Assembly (NCBI RefSeq): GCF_004010195.1
Contig: NC_057719.1
Location: forward strand, 32,114,315-32,178,277
Direction: 5' to 3'
Source of the DNA: Chiloscyllium plagiosum
Lineage: Eukaryota
Length of the DNA stretch: 63,963 bases
A program made the translations under genes and the position numbers. The notes beneath the pieces were generated by a model, which was not told the origin of the DNA, searched no databases, and worked only from the letters and a program-made list of their open reading frames with translations. Shown one piece after another: positions 1 through 12,974 of the stretch. Numbering within the stretch: position 1 is the first letter of the stretch; each line of letters opens with the position of its first letter.

Positions 1-275
1 CCCTCGAACTCAGCACCGCCTTCCTAACCTGCAATCTTCTTCCTGACCTCTCCGCCCCCACCCCAGTCTGACCTATCACCCTCATCTTGACCTCTTTCCA
101 CCTATCGCATTTCCAACGCCCCTCCCCCAAGTCCCTCCTCCCTACCTTTTATCTTAGCCTGCTGGACACACTTTCCTCATTCCTGAAGAAGGGCTTATGT
201 CTGAAACGTCGATTCTCCTGTTCCTTGGATGCTGCCTGACCTGCTGCGCTTTTCCAGCAACACATTTTCAGCTCT
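1..275 (+). mobile_element. Penelope-like element 3' tail (family A), truncated by the window start
   Basis: C-rich tract, then CTGAAGAAGGGCTTATGTCTGAAACGTCG and GGATGCTGCCTGACCTGCTG; near-identical to 23798-23972; a related tail follows the GIY-YIG-like remnant at 17586-18082. Confidence 0.75.
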
Positions 276-1194
276 ATTTCAGGAGATAGTTTATTTAAGG
301 TGAAGTTCAACAAGACAGCAAGAAAGTCATTGGATAACAGTCTCTGAAGTTGGCAATGGTGAATTATGTCTGGCTATGGCTGTGGTGGTCTCATTGGGTC
401 CAGTTGGCAGATTGAGTGGAGCTAAATTGCCCTAATCCACTGCATGATTCCTTGGCTCCTATAGCAGTAATTCATGGAGGTATGAACTAATCAGTAAGCT
501 GACATGATATACAAATTTTCAACCATTCCACCAGCTCCCCCTCCCTTCCCCTAATTACCTCCAAAACCAACTTTGCTCACTTGATACCATTCCTCATATG
601 GTGTGTCTTTTTCAGCTTGTGCAAATGTCTGGAATTTATTGCTCCAGGGAAAGATTAGATCTGTAATATTTGTGCAGGTCTGCACCTGTTTTCAAGATAT
701 GGAAGCCATTATTTTCAGATTTTACACTGTTGTTTAGTAAATATAATTAGATAAATTTATGGCCACTGAGCTGTAACAAAATACAAGTTGTAAATATGTC
801 AGCATTCATTAAAATGCACTCTAAATTTTATGACTTACTATGTTAGTGAAACTTGTTATTAATCAGGATTAAACAAGCATTAAGTTTTTTTTATCTGTAG
901 TGCTCAGCTCTTACATCTGTTTTTATCACTAAGTAAATATGAATGCACTCTTCCCAAACATTGGTTTTACGTACACAATACTAGATAATTTTTCATAATC
1001 TTCTCAAGCTGGATGGTTACAGGTCAAAGAATGGACTGAAATCTGTCATAGCCATGAGGAAATAAACAGCAGGGTAATTGGTAGTAGAGTACTTTAGTAT
1101 AGTGAGGCATTAGGAAGTGGTAGGTCTGTATTTTCCTCTTCTGTGATTTACTTCATTATGCAATTTTTACTCAGCTATTTCTTTTAGGTTATTT

Positions 1195-1405
1195 TTTCAT
1201 TTATTCTTTCTGGACTTTGCTGGCTATGTCTGCATTTGTCAGCCCTCCCTATCTGCTCTTGAACTGATTAGCACACTGGTCTACTTCAAAAGCCAGTTAA
1301 AAGTCAACCACTTTGCTGTAGGTGTGGAGACAGATGTAGACCATGCCAGGAAAGGATGGCAGATTTAATTCCTAAAGGACATGAGGGAACTAGATTGGTT
1401 TTATT
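1195..1405 (-). mobile_element. Old SINE/LINE-end fragment (Deu-domain/SacSINE1-like)
   Basis: GTTAAAAGTCAACCACTTTGCTGTAGG...GGATGGCAGATTT motif recurs at ~56540 and ~61720; family name from recall only. Confidence 0.4.
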
Positions 1406-1409
1406 CTGG

Positions 1410-1580
1410 AATCATAGAATCCCTTCAGTGTGGAAGGAGGCCATTCAGTCAATCAAGTCCATACCAACTCTCTGAAGTATCCCTGGATACTAGGGGCAAT
1501 TCAGCATGACCAATTCACCTAATCTGCACATCATTGAACTGTGGGAGGAAACCAGAACATCCAGAGGAAACCTACACTGA
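1410..1580 (-). mobile_element. HE1-type SINE, 3' part
   Basis: GGGCAATTCAGCATGACCAATTCACCTAATCTGCACATC...GGGAGGAAACC matches the other HE1 copies. Confidence 0.7.
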
Positions 1581-2000
1581 TATCCAAAAAGAGGGTGATT
1601 ATAGCAAAATCACCAAAAACCATGATATACATCTCTAATGGCTTTAACTCCTGGTCTAGTGGTATTTACCCAAAAAAAACTATAAGCATCTGCTTAGTGA
1701 CCAGATGTTTTTGTAGGTTTTTCCAGACTCTCATCCATTGAAGACATTTGCTGGATCGCTCCCTGGATTGCTTCACTTAATTGTCGTAAGTCTATATACA
1801 GACTGAGCTTAGCATTTGATTTGGGAACTGTTGCAAACCCTGAACACCAGCTAGCTATTTCTGTGATCAGTGATATTGCTCCTCTGTGTAGCATTATATC
1901 AATCCCTCCTTTACACTTCTCTAGCAACAGGTATGGTAACATCCTACAAATGTACAGTTAATGTTAGGGGGATGATCCCGGTTTCACTCATTTCAGTCTC

Positions 2001-2223
2001 AGGAGACAGTGAGGTCTGCAGATGCTGGAGATCAGAGTTGAGAGTGTGTTGCTGGAAAAGCTCTGCAGGCCAGGCAGCATCCGAGGACCAGGAAAATCGA
2101 AGTTTTGGCCAGAGCCCTTCATCTGCCATTCCTGATTAAGGGTTTCGGCTCTAAACGGTGATTTTCCTGCTCCTCGGATGCTGCCTGGCCTGCTGTGCTT
2201 TTCCAGCAACACACTCTCAACTC
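2001..2223. mobile_element. Palindromic (inverted dimer) PLE-tail element
   Basis: GAGTTGAGAGTGTGTTGCTGGAAAAGC...CCCTTCATC is mirrored by CTGATTAAGGG...GCTTTTCCAGCAACACACTCTCAACTC. Confidence 0.75.
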
Positions 2224-2251
2224 ACTTCATTCCCAACCTATCTATATCTTG

Positions 2252-4367
2252 TGTAGGGATTCTGGTTTGGATCAGTAATGTGCTGATTCTTAGGTAGTTT
2301 GAATTGCTCTCAGATCCTGGTTCTGATACTGGACTCAGTTAAGAATGTGAAATGAAGAAGGCACTAGTCAGGTGTTTCAGGGCAAAAGAATCTCTGCATT
2401 TATTAAAGGCAATAAAACAGTGAAATAGCACAATTATACAGAGGGCAGTAATTAAATACACTATTAAATTAAACTGATTAAATAATACTATAGAAATTTA
2501 CTTATTGATACTTATTGTCATGTGTACTTTTACATGAAAAGTACAATGAAAAGTTTTAAAAGTCACCATACCTATATATTAATGTCTATATTAATGACAG
2601 AAGTCATACATAATAATAAGAAAGTAAATTTAAGGTAAATGTTTGTCACAGTTCAGTTAACAGCTCCTGGGCTCAGTCCCTGGCGCGAACGCCATGCTGG
2701 GACTAAACTGCCACACTGAGTAATTGGGGAATGGGGCTGGAAGCTGACCACCACAACAGGCCAACATGACCTCCCCGGACCAGACCGCCAAGCCAGGCCA
2801 ACACCGCCAGGCCAACACCGCCAAGCCAGGCCAACACCGCCACCCTGAACCAGACCGCCACCCCAGGCCAACACCACCACATCAGGCCAAGACCGTCACA
2901 CCAGGCCAACACCGCCAAGCCAGCCAAGACCGCTGCCCCTGGACCAGACTGCCTGCTGGGCAGCCAGAACATTCAGGAGCCAATGCCGAAGAAAACCTCC
3001 ACACGGGAAGGGGACCTCCACTCCCAGACAAGACTGCCATGCCAGGAGACCACCCCGCTGGGCTGAGACCACCATGGCAGGGAAAAGACTGTCACTCTGG
3101 ATCGCCGGAAACCACCTTGTTCAGGAAAAGCCTTCAGCTGAAGCCATTAAAAGAAGATAAGATTCATCTTGGCAATATATATATAAAGCTGGAAGCATTA
3201 AAAAGTCAGAGGAAGAAAAAGAAAAATCTTTAAGTGAGTGGGGTAGATGAGCTCAGGGCTCCTCCCACACTGCATTGCTGCTCAGCTGCCACTAAATATT
3301 GGATCCTAAACAGACACTTTAATCAGGCTTCCTACCTTGGAGTTCCCTGCACTGTCAATATCTACCTTCCCCTTCCTGCTAGTTAGATTGGATATTTTGT
3401 GGAGTTTAAGATCACCACTTGGGATAAATACAGTTTTGTAGTACAGCTGGCCATTCCCGCTTGAACACCCGGTGCCTCGATGAAGACTTAGAATGGTGTA
3501 GGCCTTCATTCTGGGTTGAATCTGCTGATGTGATAGAACATGTTTGGATCTATCTGGTGAGTACTTGATTTCTCCTTACTTTCTGGTGGATTTTGCAAGC
3601 CAGTTTTCACCCTCAGGATGTGTCTGAGGCCTTGTGGTGTCAGTCAGATTGTGGTTTTCAGAAGTAGTCGATTCTTCGGTCTGCTGATCATTGTTGGTTG
3701 CCATTGGTTTCCCTTGTACAGATCAGGCCTGTGTCAGTAGGTTTCAGAATCACTGCCAGGATTGGCTTTCCAGAGATAGCTCTTGGAAATAGCCGCTGTG
3801 ATCAGCTGTTGAAATTCCTCCTCTGGGATTTCTGTTTGGAATGCCTCCTGGAGACTAGCTGCCAGGGGATTGGTCTCAGGGAGATAGCTGTTTAGGGTCC
3901 CACTTCTGGAGAAGACTGTGGGGCTAGCTCACAGGTCGATAGCTCCTTGGGATGAGATTGGCGCCTGCAATTATGCTGATTGGGGGCCTTTGTGTCAAGT
4001 CTGCACTTGCTATTGTGTTACTGGTGTTCCCTTTGAGGTCAATTGGCTTCCTGACAGTTAAACGTATGTGTGAATATACTTTGATGAAGTTGACTGCTTG
4101 ATATTTCTGCGAATAAATTTTGATTTAAGTTGAATGTCTTGTATCTGTAGAATTCCTATTCAGTCTATGCTAGGCGTGATTGATTGTTCTCTTACAGTGG
4201 AAGTGTAAATTGGAATTTTTGGGCTCAACAGGTTCCAGACAACCATCTCTGACTGTCTATTTTTCCCTCAGGTCATCTCAGCTGTACTCTTTCTTTTAAA
4301 AGTTTTTGAAAAGCCCAGGGTTTTGGTCCAGTATTTCAGAATATGGGGATTTTTGCTCAATCTTACA
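2252..4367 (-). mobile_element. Putative solo LTR interrupted by a nested insertion (~2510-3295)
   Basis: Termini TGTAGG...TCTTACA; flanks CTTG/CTCG (4-bp TSD with one CpG-type change); minus-strand AATAAA near 2400; internal short GAGATAGCT repeats. Confidence 0.4.
2755..2935. repeat. GC-rich degenerate tandem repeat (CCAGGCCAACACCG / CCAAG units, 14-19 bp)
   Basis: CCAGGCCAACACC recurs at least 5 times; accounts for the low-complexity ORFs at 2653-3233. Confidence 0.85.
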
Positions 4368-4474
4368 CTCGCCTTTGATTAATATCTGGTCTTTAGCATC
4401 TTCTAAGATTAAAGATTACAGTGTGATGCAGTCATTCTCTCCATTAATATTTAACCCAACTGCAGTGAAAACAT

Positions 4475-4890
4475 GAGAAGAACATGACTAAGAGAAGCAG
4501 AAATAGGCCAATCAAACCCTCAAGCTACCTTCAACATCCACTAAGATCATGATTAATAAAAGGAAGGGTGGCCTGAGCTGCTCTTTCTCTCTTGGCTCTC
4601 TCCCCCCATAACCCTTAACTTCTTTGTCAATCAGAAATCTCTCTAACTTGGCCTTGAATATGTCGATTGACCCAACTTCCATTCCTCCCTGGGGAAGAGA
4701 ATTCCAAGCACCAAAAACACGCAGAAGAAATTTCTACTATTTTTTGTCTTAAATGGGAAACTTTGTATTATTAAACTTCACTAACTAGTTTTGGAATCCC
4801 CAGCAATAAGAAATATCCTCTTGGTATTGGAAGTCCTCCAGAAACTTTCAGATTTCAATCAGATCACTGCTCACTCTTCCAGCAGAATGC
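4475..4890 (-). mobile_element. Old CR1/L2-group LINE 3' fragment
   Basis: Similar to 59700-60100 (AGAATTCCA, TCTTAAATGGGA, AGATCAC..CTCA..CTTC). Confidence 0.5.
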
Positions 4891-5639
4891 AGTGAGTATA
4901 CTCAAGGCACTCATCAATAAATGGTTGCCTTATGCCAGAGAAATTGTTACCTTCTTTTTCAATTAAAGGAATGGAAAAGTACATACAAATTCTACTCTTC
5001 CTGAGATAAGTTTGGATTTTGAGCTTCATTGATTGATATTCGAGATGGCTCCATTTGCATTGAAATTAGTAATATTCAGTTTCTGCATTGGTAAGAAGTC
5101 TGGTTTTAACATTGCAACATGGACATGATCGGATTCAAATCGATTTGTGAAGTTGCACAATTGATTGCATGTTCGCTCTTACCAGATCTGAAATTGACCA
5201 TCAGTCTCACCACAGCACTGCTATAACCTTGATTTCCTTTCTGATTGATCAACTGTATATTTTTTCGATACATTAGTCTTTCCAATGCAGGAGGAGAATA
5301 GATTGGAAATGACAGTTTATATTGAAACCTCTGCTGGAAGAAAGAGAAAAGAAAATGTGGATTTACATAGCATCTTTCACTATCCTGAGGCATCCCATAG
5401 CATGTATAAGCCAATGAAATATGAGTGAATTTGAGCTACAGTTACAATGAAGGGAAGCGTTGCAGCAAATTTGTGCACAATAAGATCCCACCTATAATTT
5501 AACCCTGAGAACTGAAAGATAAGAACATGCAGAGAATGGATAACAAGTTGTTAACAACTATCAGTTTAAGTAAAATAGTTTTCAGATTTTCTTTAGAATT
5601 CATATTAAAAGGAATAAGCTAGTATTTAAATAGTCCATC

Positions 5640-5899
5640 AGGTCTATTTAGAAGTACTAGCTTTCGGAGCGCTGCTCCTTCATCAGCAATCTAGGTTTGT
5701 TCAATATATCATTTTAATTGCATGACACGATGATCTTTTACTGTAAACTCTGTTTCTTATTATCCTGTCCCACTAGTTAGCTGATGAAGGAGCAGTGCTC
5801 TGAAAGTTAGTGCTTCCAAATAAACCTGTTGGACTATAACCTGGTGTTGTCTGATTTTTAACTTTGTCCACCCCTGTCCAACACCGGCACCTCCACATC
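5640..5899. mobile_element. PLE tail family B, inverted arrangement with two hammerhead-like cores
   Basis: Minus core ACTAGCTTTCGGAGCGCTGCTCCTTCATCAG (~5656-5686); plus core CTGATGAAGGAGCAGTGCTCTGAAAG (~5781); AATAAACCTGTTGGACTATAACCTGGTG tail. Confidence 0.7.
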
Positions 5900-6349
5900 A
5901 TAAATAGTTCATTTATGACCTGATCTGATTTATTCTTACCTATATTCTGGTTGGTCCAAGGAGACAAGAATTGCCCTGATCTAACACTTAAACAATGTTT
6001 GAATCCAAAACTTTCATTAGTTTTACTTAAGTGAACACTAATTGCAATATTGTTATATATTTTCCTGTGTGTGGCAAGGCATTTAAAAGATTCATGATAT
6101 GATATGCACAGTCACATTTTCAACAGTGTCCCACTTTCCCAGTTTTCTATCTGCAGCAGCTGTAAAATACTTTTGAAAATAAGATCATTTCTAGTTCCAA
6201 GCTGTAGCTGTCAGGATAACTGGTGAAGGTGAATCCCACACACGGAGGCAGATGGTTGGAAGATTTGTCATTGGAATGACCACTGTGTTTGGGCTTTGCT
6301 TCTAGTAGGATTTTTGTACTTGATGTGGCAATGCTAATGTTAGATCCTG

Positions 6350-6547
6350 GTTGAAACTTTATTGCTGGAACAGCACAGCAGGTCAGGGAGCATCCAGGGA
6401 ACAGGAGATTCGACGTTTCGGGCACAGGCCCTTCTTCAGAAACGTCAAATCTCCTGTTCCCTGGATGCTGCCTGACCTGCTGTGCTGTTCCAGCAATAAA
6501 GTTTCAACTTTGATCTCCAGGATCTGCAGACCTCACTTTCTCCTCCT
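6350..6547. mobile_element. Palindromic PLE-tail dimer with 15-bp TSD
   Basis: TAATGTTAGATCCTG at 6335-6349 and 6548-6562; the arms are near-perfect reverse complements. Confidence 0.85.
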
Positions 6548-9289
6548 TAATGTTAGATCCTGAAATGTAAGAGCTAGACCTGGTGACAAATATGAAACTG
6601 AGAGAATTTTAATTGAATTCATCCGTTCACAGTGGGGAGGGGATGTGGGCCATGGCTGATCAGGAGCCTGATCGTTACTGAGTTGGACTTGTCCATTCTT
6701 CAGCCACAACACTCAACATCCAGCTGTACAGTTTCTCGCCATTTGCATGTGATGGTAGTTTGCCATGGCTTGTCAAGGGGAGGATTTCCATTTTAAGAGA
6801 CCCTGGTGGGGACTTAGGAAGTCAAAAGTCTTTGAAGTGCACGCAGACAGGAGTGTGGCCCCAAGAACGTGGGCCTGTTGTGGTTAGCATGGATGAGTTG
6901 GACCAAAGGGTCTATTTCAGTGTTGTATGACTCTATGACTCTAAAAGAACACCACAATTGACTGTTCATTAACAACTTTCCATAATTTACTCTTTACAAT
7001 TTTCCATCAAGACTGAACTATGTAACATATAACATTTATCTTTTATTGGACTTGATTCTCATTTCTAAACTGTTAGTATATGTATTGTCTAATTTGTAAC
7101 TCATTCTTCTGTTAGCTCAAGATAATCTGGTTAAATAGACTCGTTTCACAAAATAGTTCATTGGTCTGGGAGAAAGGTATCCACAAGGGAGGGAATGCTT
7201 TGTAAATTAATCTTGTTGTGATCCACTGAGGAGGTGGGTGAATAAAGAAGGGGAGCCATTCATCCCTCTTCACCTTGGAACTGAAACAACTTGGGCAGTC
7301 TCATTCAGGATCCAGTCATTACAAGTTTAAGTCACTGGTGTTGAAATCTCCATTACCCTGCCATCTCCATTGCTGTGTCCCAAACTGCAAATGGACATTA
7401 ACTTTCAGGAGAATGGTGTTATTATGGTAGAGTATAAGCAAATCCTGTGAATGTAGTGGAAGGATTTATGACTACAGCACTGGAGCATCACGTCGCTTCG
7501 TTCATTCACTTTCACTCAGAGGCAAAAGCTCAAAGTGGATGGGATATTAGGTTTCTGATACACCAGAATTTTTTCTGGCATTTACACTCTTATCTGAACG
7601 CATATCTGCACTTACTTGGCAGTTGAAATTCTGCCCAAAATGTGTAGTGGCTGAGATTTAATTAGTATATCTAATATTTGTTCATTATTTTTGCATCCCA
7701 AAATAAAAAATTAGAATTCAGTGTAGAAAGTAACTTTATCAAAAACACCTGGTAGTGAAGGAATCTTACTTTCATCAAGCCAGTGGGTAAATAAATGTAT
7801 GGTCCCATGTGTACTTTGTAGCTGGCAAGGAAATGTATAGTGTTATTAACTTTTACGTTCTCGTTATTTTAAATGCAATACATATACCAGACATTGTTTG
7901 ATAGCAACATTTTTTCTCTTTGGACAAAGGTGGCATTAATCTTAATGCTGTTGCATGCTTGTAATTTTTCACCAGAATAGATGATGCAATTTTAGATGTT
8001 AACCAAGTGTTGTTAACTGCAACATTCCATTCGTAACAGTGAATCTTATAAATACTGGTGCAGTAACTCTACAGGCTCTGAAAACTTGCAGAGACCTTAA
8101 TCATCAACATCACAGCCTCAAGCAAAATAGAAATAAATGATATTCATCTATCACCTGTCAAATGTAAAGAAAGAATCAATTCAACAACATAATTGTGGAA
8201 CTTGCAACTCATGAAGCTGCAGTTGGTTAATTTAGGATATTGACATCATGTTTTCAGAACTTAGCACATTGATGAAAACTTGTTAAAGGTGCATTAATTA
8301 ACTTTGACAAAAAATTACAGTTTCTTGGTTTTTACTAGCAGATACAAAGAAGTGCTGTCAAGTTGGGACAACTGCTAAATCTAAAGTATTGATTACAATC
8401 AATCCAAAGGCAATTTATTTGAACCCATGAAAGCATATTTTTAGGATCTTGTTTTTTATAAACAAAATTAGACACGACTAGTCATTTTTAATATCCTAAG
8501 ACACTGGGAGAACAGTTAAATTGAGCATACATAGGCAGTGAAGTTATTCCTCCTCTTTTACAAACAACGATGAGTCAATTAGAAATGTCGGTGATTTAAT
8601 TAAAAACTGTTTAATACCTCATGGTACAGAGTGTACAACTCCTCACAGTGAACATGTGGTTCTTTAGTCACAGGTATTTTAATGGAAAAGGTGAGCTGAC
8701 CCTGTACAACACTTACTCAATTTTTGCCAAATGAATTGGTAAAGAGATGGGTGACTTTGTAATTAAAATGCACCATCCAATTCCCAGTATATTTTATGGG
8801 AATAATTGAAGGAAACATCTTTGTGGTGTAAAACATCACTTGCAGGTCTCAGTATCAAGTATATATCCGTTTACTTGTTGACAGTTACACTGGTGTCGGA
8901 GGAAGTTTAGAGGATTTAAATCTTGGAAATTCTGAGCTTGGATGAAATCAACATTTTAGGAAAATTCAGATTGTCTGAATATAAGCTTGGTTGGCTAAAT
9001 ATTTCTGTTGTCTGAACTGGCATGTTTCATTCATACAAGACCCTGTTCCAAAATGCCTCCATTCTACCCATTTTCTGATGTTGTTCTATGTCTGATATGG
9101 GCTGTAGAGTTGTGAGGAGCACAAATGTTGAGGGTAGGATGTGCAGAGTGGGAAGTTGAAAGAGGATGAAATGGCACCGAGTGTGGTTCAGCAATTGTTG
9201 GAGTGTGGAGGGAAGTGTGGTATGTAGTTCAACAGTCATGAGAGAGCACTGGATGTGAGGTGTAAGAGCTGTAGAGTGAAATTCTAGAT

Positions 9290-9730
9290 CCTCTGATGCT
9301 GCTCTAAATATAGCCAGTAGATCAGATTAAGAATACCTTGCTTCCACTGCACTTGGAGTGTTGGCTTGGATGGGGTGAATGAAAGCCCTCCAGTCAGCAC
9401 TTCCATAACATTGAGAAGAGGTTAATGTTGGCAGCTTACCCCTGAAGATATGACTGCAGTGCCAGAGAGGTTTAGTGACATCATTAGAGTTGTCAGGTTA
9501 AGAGTGTTAGCTCTCTCATGCATTACTCTTCCCTCACACGTGTACTACAGATTTACATTATTCTCCTATGATAGATACATTCTTAAAACACCTGAAGCTG
9601 GTCGCTAACTTCCTTCTTGCAGGAGAAGCTGGAGTAGAGCTCAGATGAATGATTGGGATTGGAGAAGGCCAGGCCTTTCCCCAGGTCATCATGAGCAGGG
9701 CAAAGCCATTGCCAGATGAGTGACAGTTCT
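9290..9730 (+). pseudogene. Decayed Harbinger/PIF Myb-SANT DNA-binding protein remnant
   Basis: Conceptual translation EEVNVGSLPLKI*LQCQ/RFSDIIRVVR, intron-like gap, then ttcttgcag|EKLE...; resembles the QCRKRFND...EK..HN..E...TGGG layout; stops and frameshifts present. Confidence 0.45.
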
Positions 9731-9854
9731 GGAGAAAATATTAGGCAAGATTTCATCATTATTTCATCTCCTTTGCCCTTTTAACTTTCAATTGTCCCAT
9801 AGATTTTGCAATTGTTTTCATCAATGACTCAGTTCTCTCTGCTCTCCTTATGGA

Positions 9855-10187
9855 ATTATTGAATCCATACAGTGCAGAAAGAGACCATACCAACCACCAA
9901 GTTTGCACCAACCCTTTGAAGATCATCCCACCCAGACCCAGCACCCTGCCTCATCCGCATAAGCCCACATTTACCTAGCCTGCACATTCCTGGGCATAAT
10001 AGACAATTTACCATGGCTAATCCACCTAACCTGCCCATCTTTGGAGTGTGGGAGCAAACTTTAACACCTGGCAAATGGACAGGGCACAGAGAGAAAGCAC
10101 AAACTCCACACAGACAGTAGCCCGAGACTGGAATTGAACCTGGGTCCCTGCTTCTGTGACGTAGAAATGCTAACCACTGAGCCAACT
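9855..10187 (-). mobile_element. HE1-type SINE
   Basis: Minus strand GGCTCAGTGGTTAGCA (A box) and GGTTCAATTCC (B box), TGTGTGGAGTTTG core, CR1-like tail. Confidence 0.85.
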
Positions 10188-12974
10188 GTCAGAGTAAGAT
10201 CACACCCTTATCTTTCTTTCTCATTTCAAATGCTGAAAATGACTGGAGATGCATTATCACTTGATTTGAATATAGATAACATCAGCTTAAATATTGGCAC
10301 TAGAAATATTTTAGTGGGTCCACTAAACAAAGGGTTTTCATGTGGTGAATTAACAGCTACAACTGTGCAGCAACTAAGGCAGAAGGATATGATGTCACAC
10401 GTGTGGGCATGCCTGTGAGCAAGGACAAACTAGCTCATGCAGAGAATACAGACACAAATTTCAATGCAGTCCTAAGAGCACTAGGTCTACATGGTATGCT
10501 GTCAGAGAGCTTGCACACAATGACATAGATGATCTGACTTCATATTATACTGGGGCTGGATTCAACACATTGAAACCTATATATTGAATGTGGAGTGAAT
10601 GGTCAACTCAATGTAAATAACAATTGCACCTATCTTGTTAAGGTCATTATGGGGAATGTTTAGAATGCTGTTCTTTTAGCTCTGGGAATCGTGATTCACA
10701 CAGTGTTATATCAGTCCACCCTGCTGTCTTGCAGCAGGACTGCCAAATCTCAGTCTTAGGAGAAAGATCTCATGTCCATGACAATGGGACCTTTCATCCT
10801 TTAACAGGAGGATGGCATTTCTGCATCACCCACCCATTTCACCTGTGTCCTGTTTAGGACACTACTGCTGGCTGGAGTGAATTGCATCAGTCCACATTGA
10901 GATCCCTCAGTCTGTAGCTGGGCCAAAAAGATTTGGATAATTGTTTGTGGGGACATAATTGACAGAGCTGTGGGCCAAAAGCAGAGGAGGATGATTAATT
11001 CGATTGCTAGTGCAGAGAGCGAACACTGACACAGTGGGTTGGATGTGTTGGAGCATTGTATGATTCTTTGGTTTTACTGTCATCACTTTCACTGTGTATA
11101 GAACTGTGATATAATATTAAACACTGGAATTCTGAAATCTGCTCTGCTGGATTCCTGCCCAGATACAGAAGTAAAACTTACCCATTTTATTTTTCTCTTT
11201 TAAACTGCCGGCGCATCTGTGCAGAATTCTATTTTGCTTTTAGTAATCTTTAATTATTGGTGTATCTTACTCATAACATTCTCAAGGCCAATGAAAAAAA
11301 ATTCCCTTACTAGTAATTCAGAAAAATTCTCCCTAATCTCATGATTTAGCAAGCACATGATGAGTACCCAGGGTACATAATCTAAAATCAAGCATCTAGA
11401 AGGATCAAACAAACTGTGCACTTCAGATTGTGGCCATTGTTTGATATAGTTAAAACAAAATGAGATACATTGTAGCAATAATCAAATAATTAATTTGTTG
11501 CATATTCCCCACTATTTGGACATATGATAAGAGCCCTGTTGCTTTATTCCATATCTGCTGCAGTATGATAAGAATTTTATATGTTACGATTATTCTCTGT
11601 GGGTCTGGAGCAATATTTAATCCACTTAGTAGTAAATCAGCAGTAATTGTAAATCCATTTATTGGGTGACAAAGGACCTACCTGCACTCACAAAACAAAC
11701 AGTATCGCTGGTATTCAGGTCTATTTTTCAGACATAGAGAGTGATTACCCTTGTGGGACAGGCCATTAATTACGAAAGACAAAATATGGAGAAACTCTGC
11801 TGCAGAAAACTGCCTTTAATGATTAACATGAATAAAGGAATTTGTTTTATTCTCTTATGAATCATAAATGGAAGAATCAGCAGCACCTCATTTTTCTAGT
11901 CAGGGAAAAGTGCTGTATGAACAAGTTGCATAAATCAAAGAGGTATGCATAAATGCTGAGCACTCTCTTTGCTCTTAAGTTGTTTATTCTCCTCAATTTT
12001 CTTAAGCCTGTATATATTACAGGAAACTGAGATCTAATGTCCTGAATTCTGTCTTACTTTGTTTGTGATTTCAGTCTAACTGAAGAAGCAACTTTCTTCC
12101 CTTTGCATTTCCAAAAACATATTTTGCAAAATTGAGGACAGTAATTGCAGTTATCATTTCTTCATGTAAAGAAAATTCTTACATTGTTTGATGTTTTCGA
12201 TGTGATGCAGCATGAATTTGTCTTTGAACTCATTGAGCTATGAGTATAATCAGTCCACAGAGTCAACACTTGGGAAATGTAGCAATAGTTCGCAGTGGGT
12301 GATAAGTGCAGTCACACTCTTTCATTCAAAGGTAGCAAAATGCCTTACTATAAACTCCCACCTGCAAAGTATTTAGTGTTTCTGAATTGATGATTTGACA
12401 ATGATACATTTATATTTCAAGTGGCAATATATTGTGTAGCTTCTGACTGAATTTAGCTCAGGAACTAAAGTTATTCACATTTTTATAACATTGTCTACTG
12501 CTTTATCAATTCTTGAAAAATATGAGCATGGAAATGGCATATGAATTCTTATATTATTTTAGTATGGGGTCACAGGAATAAGAATGGACTGTTTAGCTTC
12601 TCAAGCTTTTGCCACCATTTAACTCGATTACACCTGATCTATATAACTGTTATTTTATATATTTGCTTTTGTTCCATAACTTTTAATAATTTTGCCTTTT
12701 AAATACCTATTAATCTCCAGTTTGATGACAAGCAACAACTTTTTGGGAAGAGAAATCCAGATTTCTTTGGATATATACTGACTCCTGAATAGCATAGTTC
12801 TAGTTTGAAGATTATGCTCCCAATACTGAATACCCCAAAATAAAAGAATTAAATGGGCCAATATCACCGAGCTTGTATTTTGCATCTGCAAGGTCATTTT
12901 GAGGTCATCCAGAGACTTCATGTTGGAGACATTCTGGAAAAATGAATCTTTAGAATCTTGAGAACAGTTCCCTC

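Noticed and set aside
2653..3233. Pro/Gln- and Gly/Val-rich ORFs
   Set aside because: Translations of the GC-rich tandem repeat.
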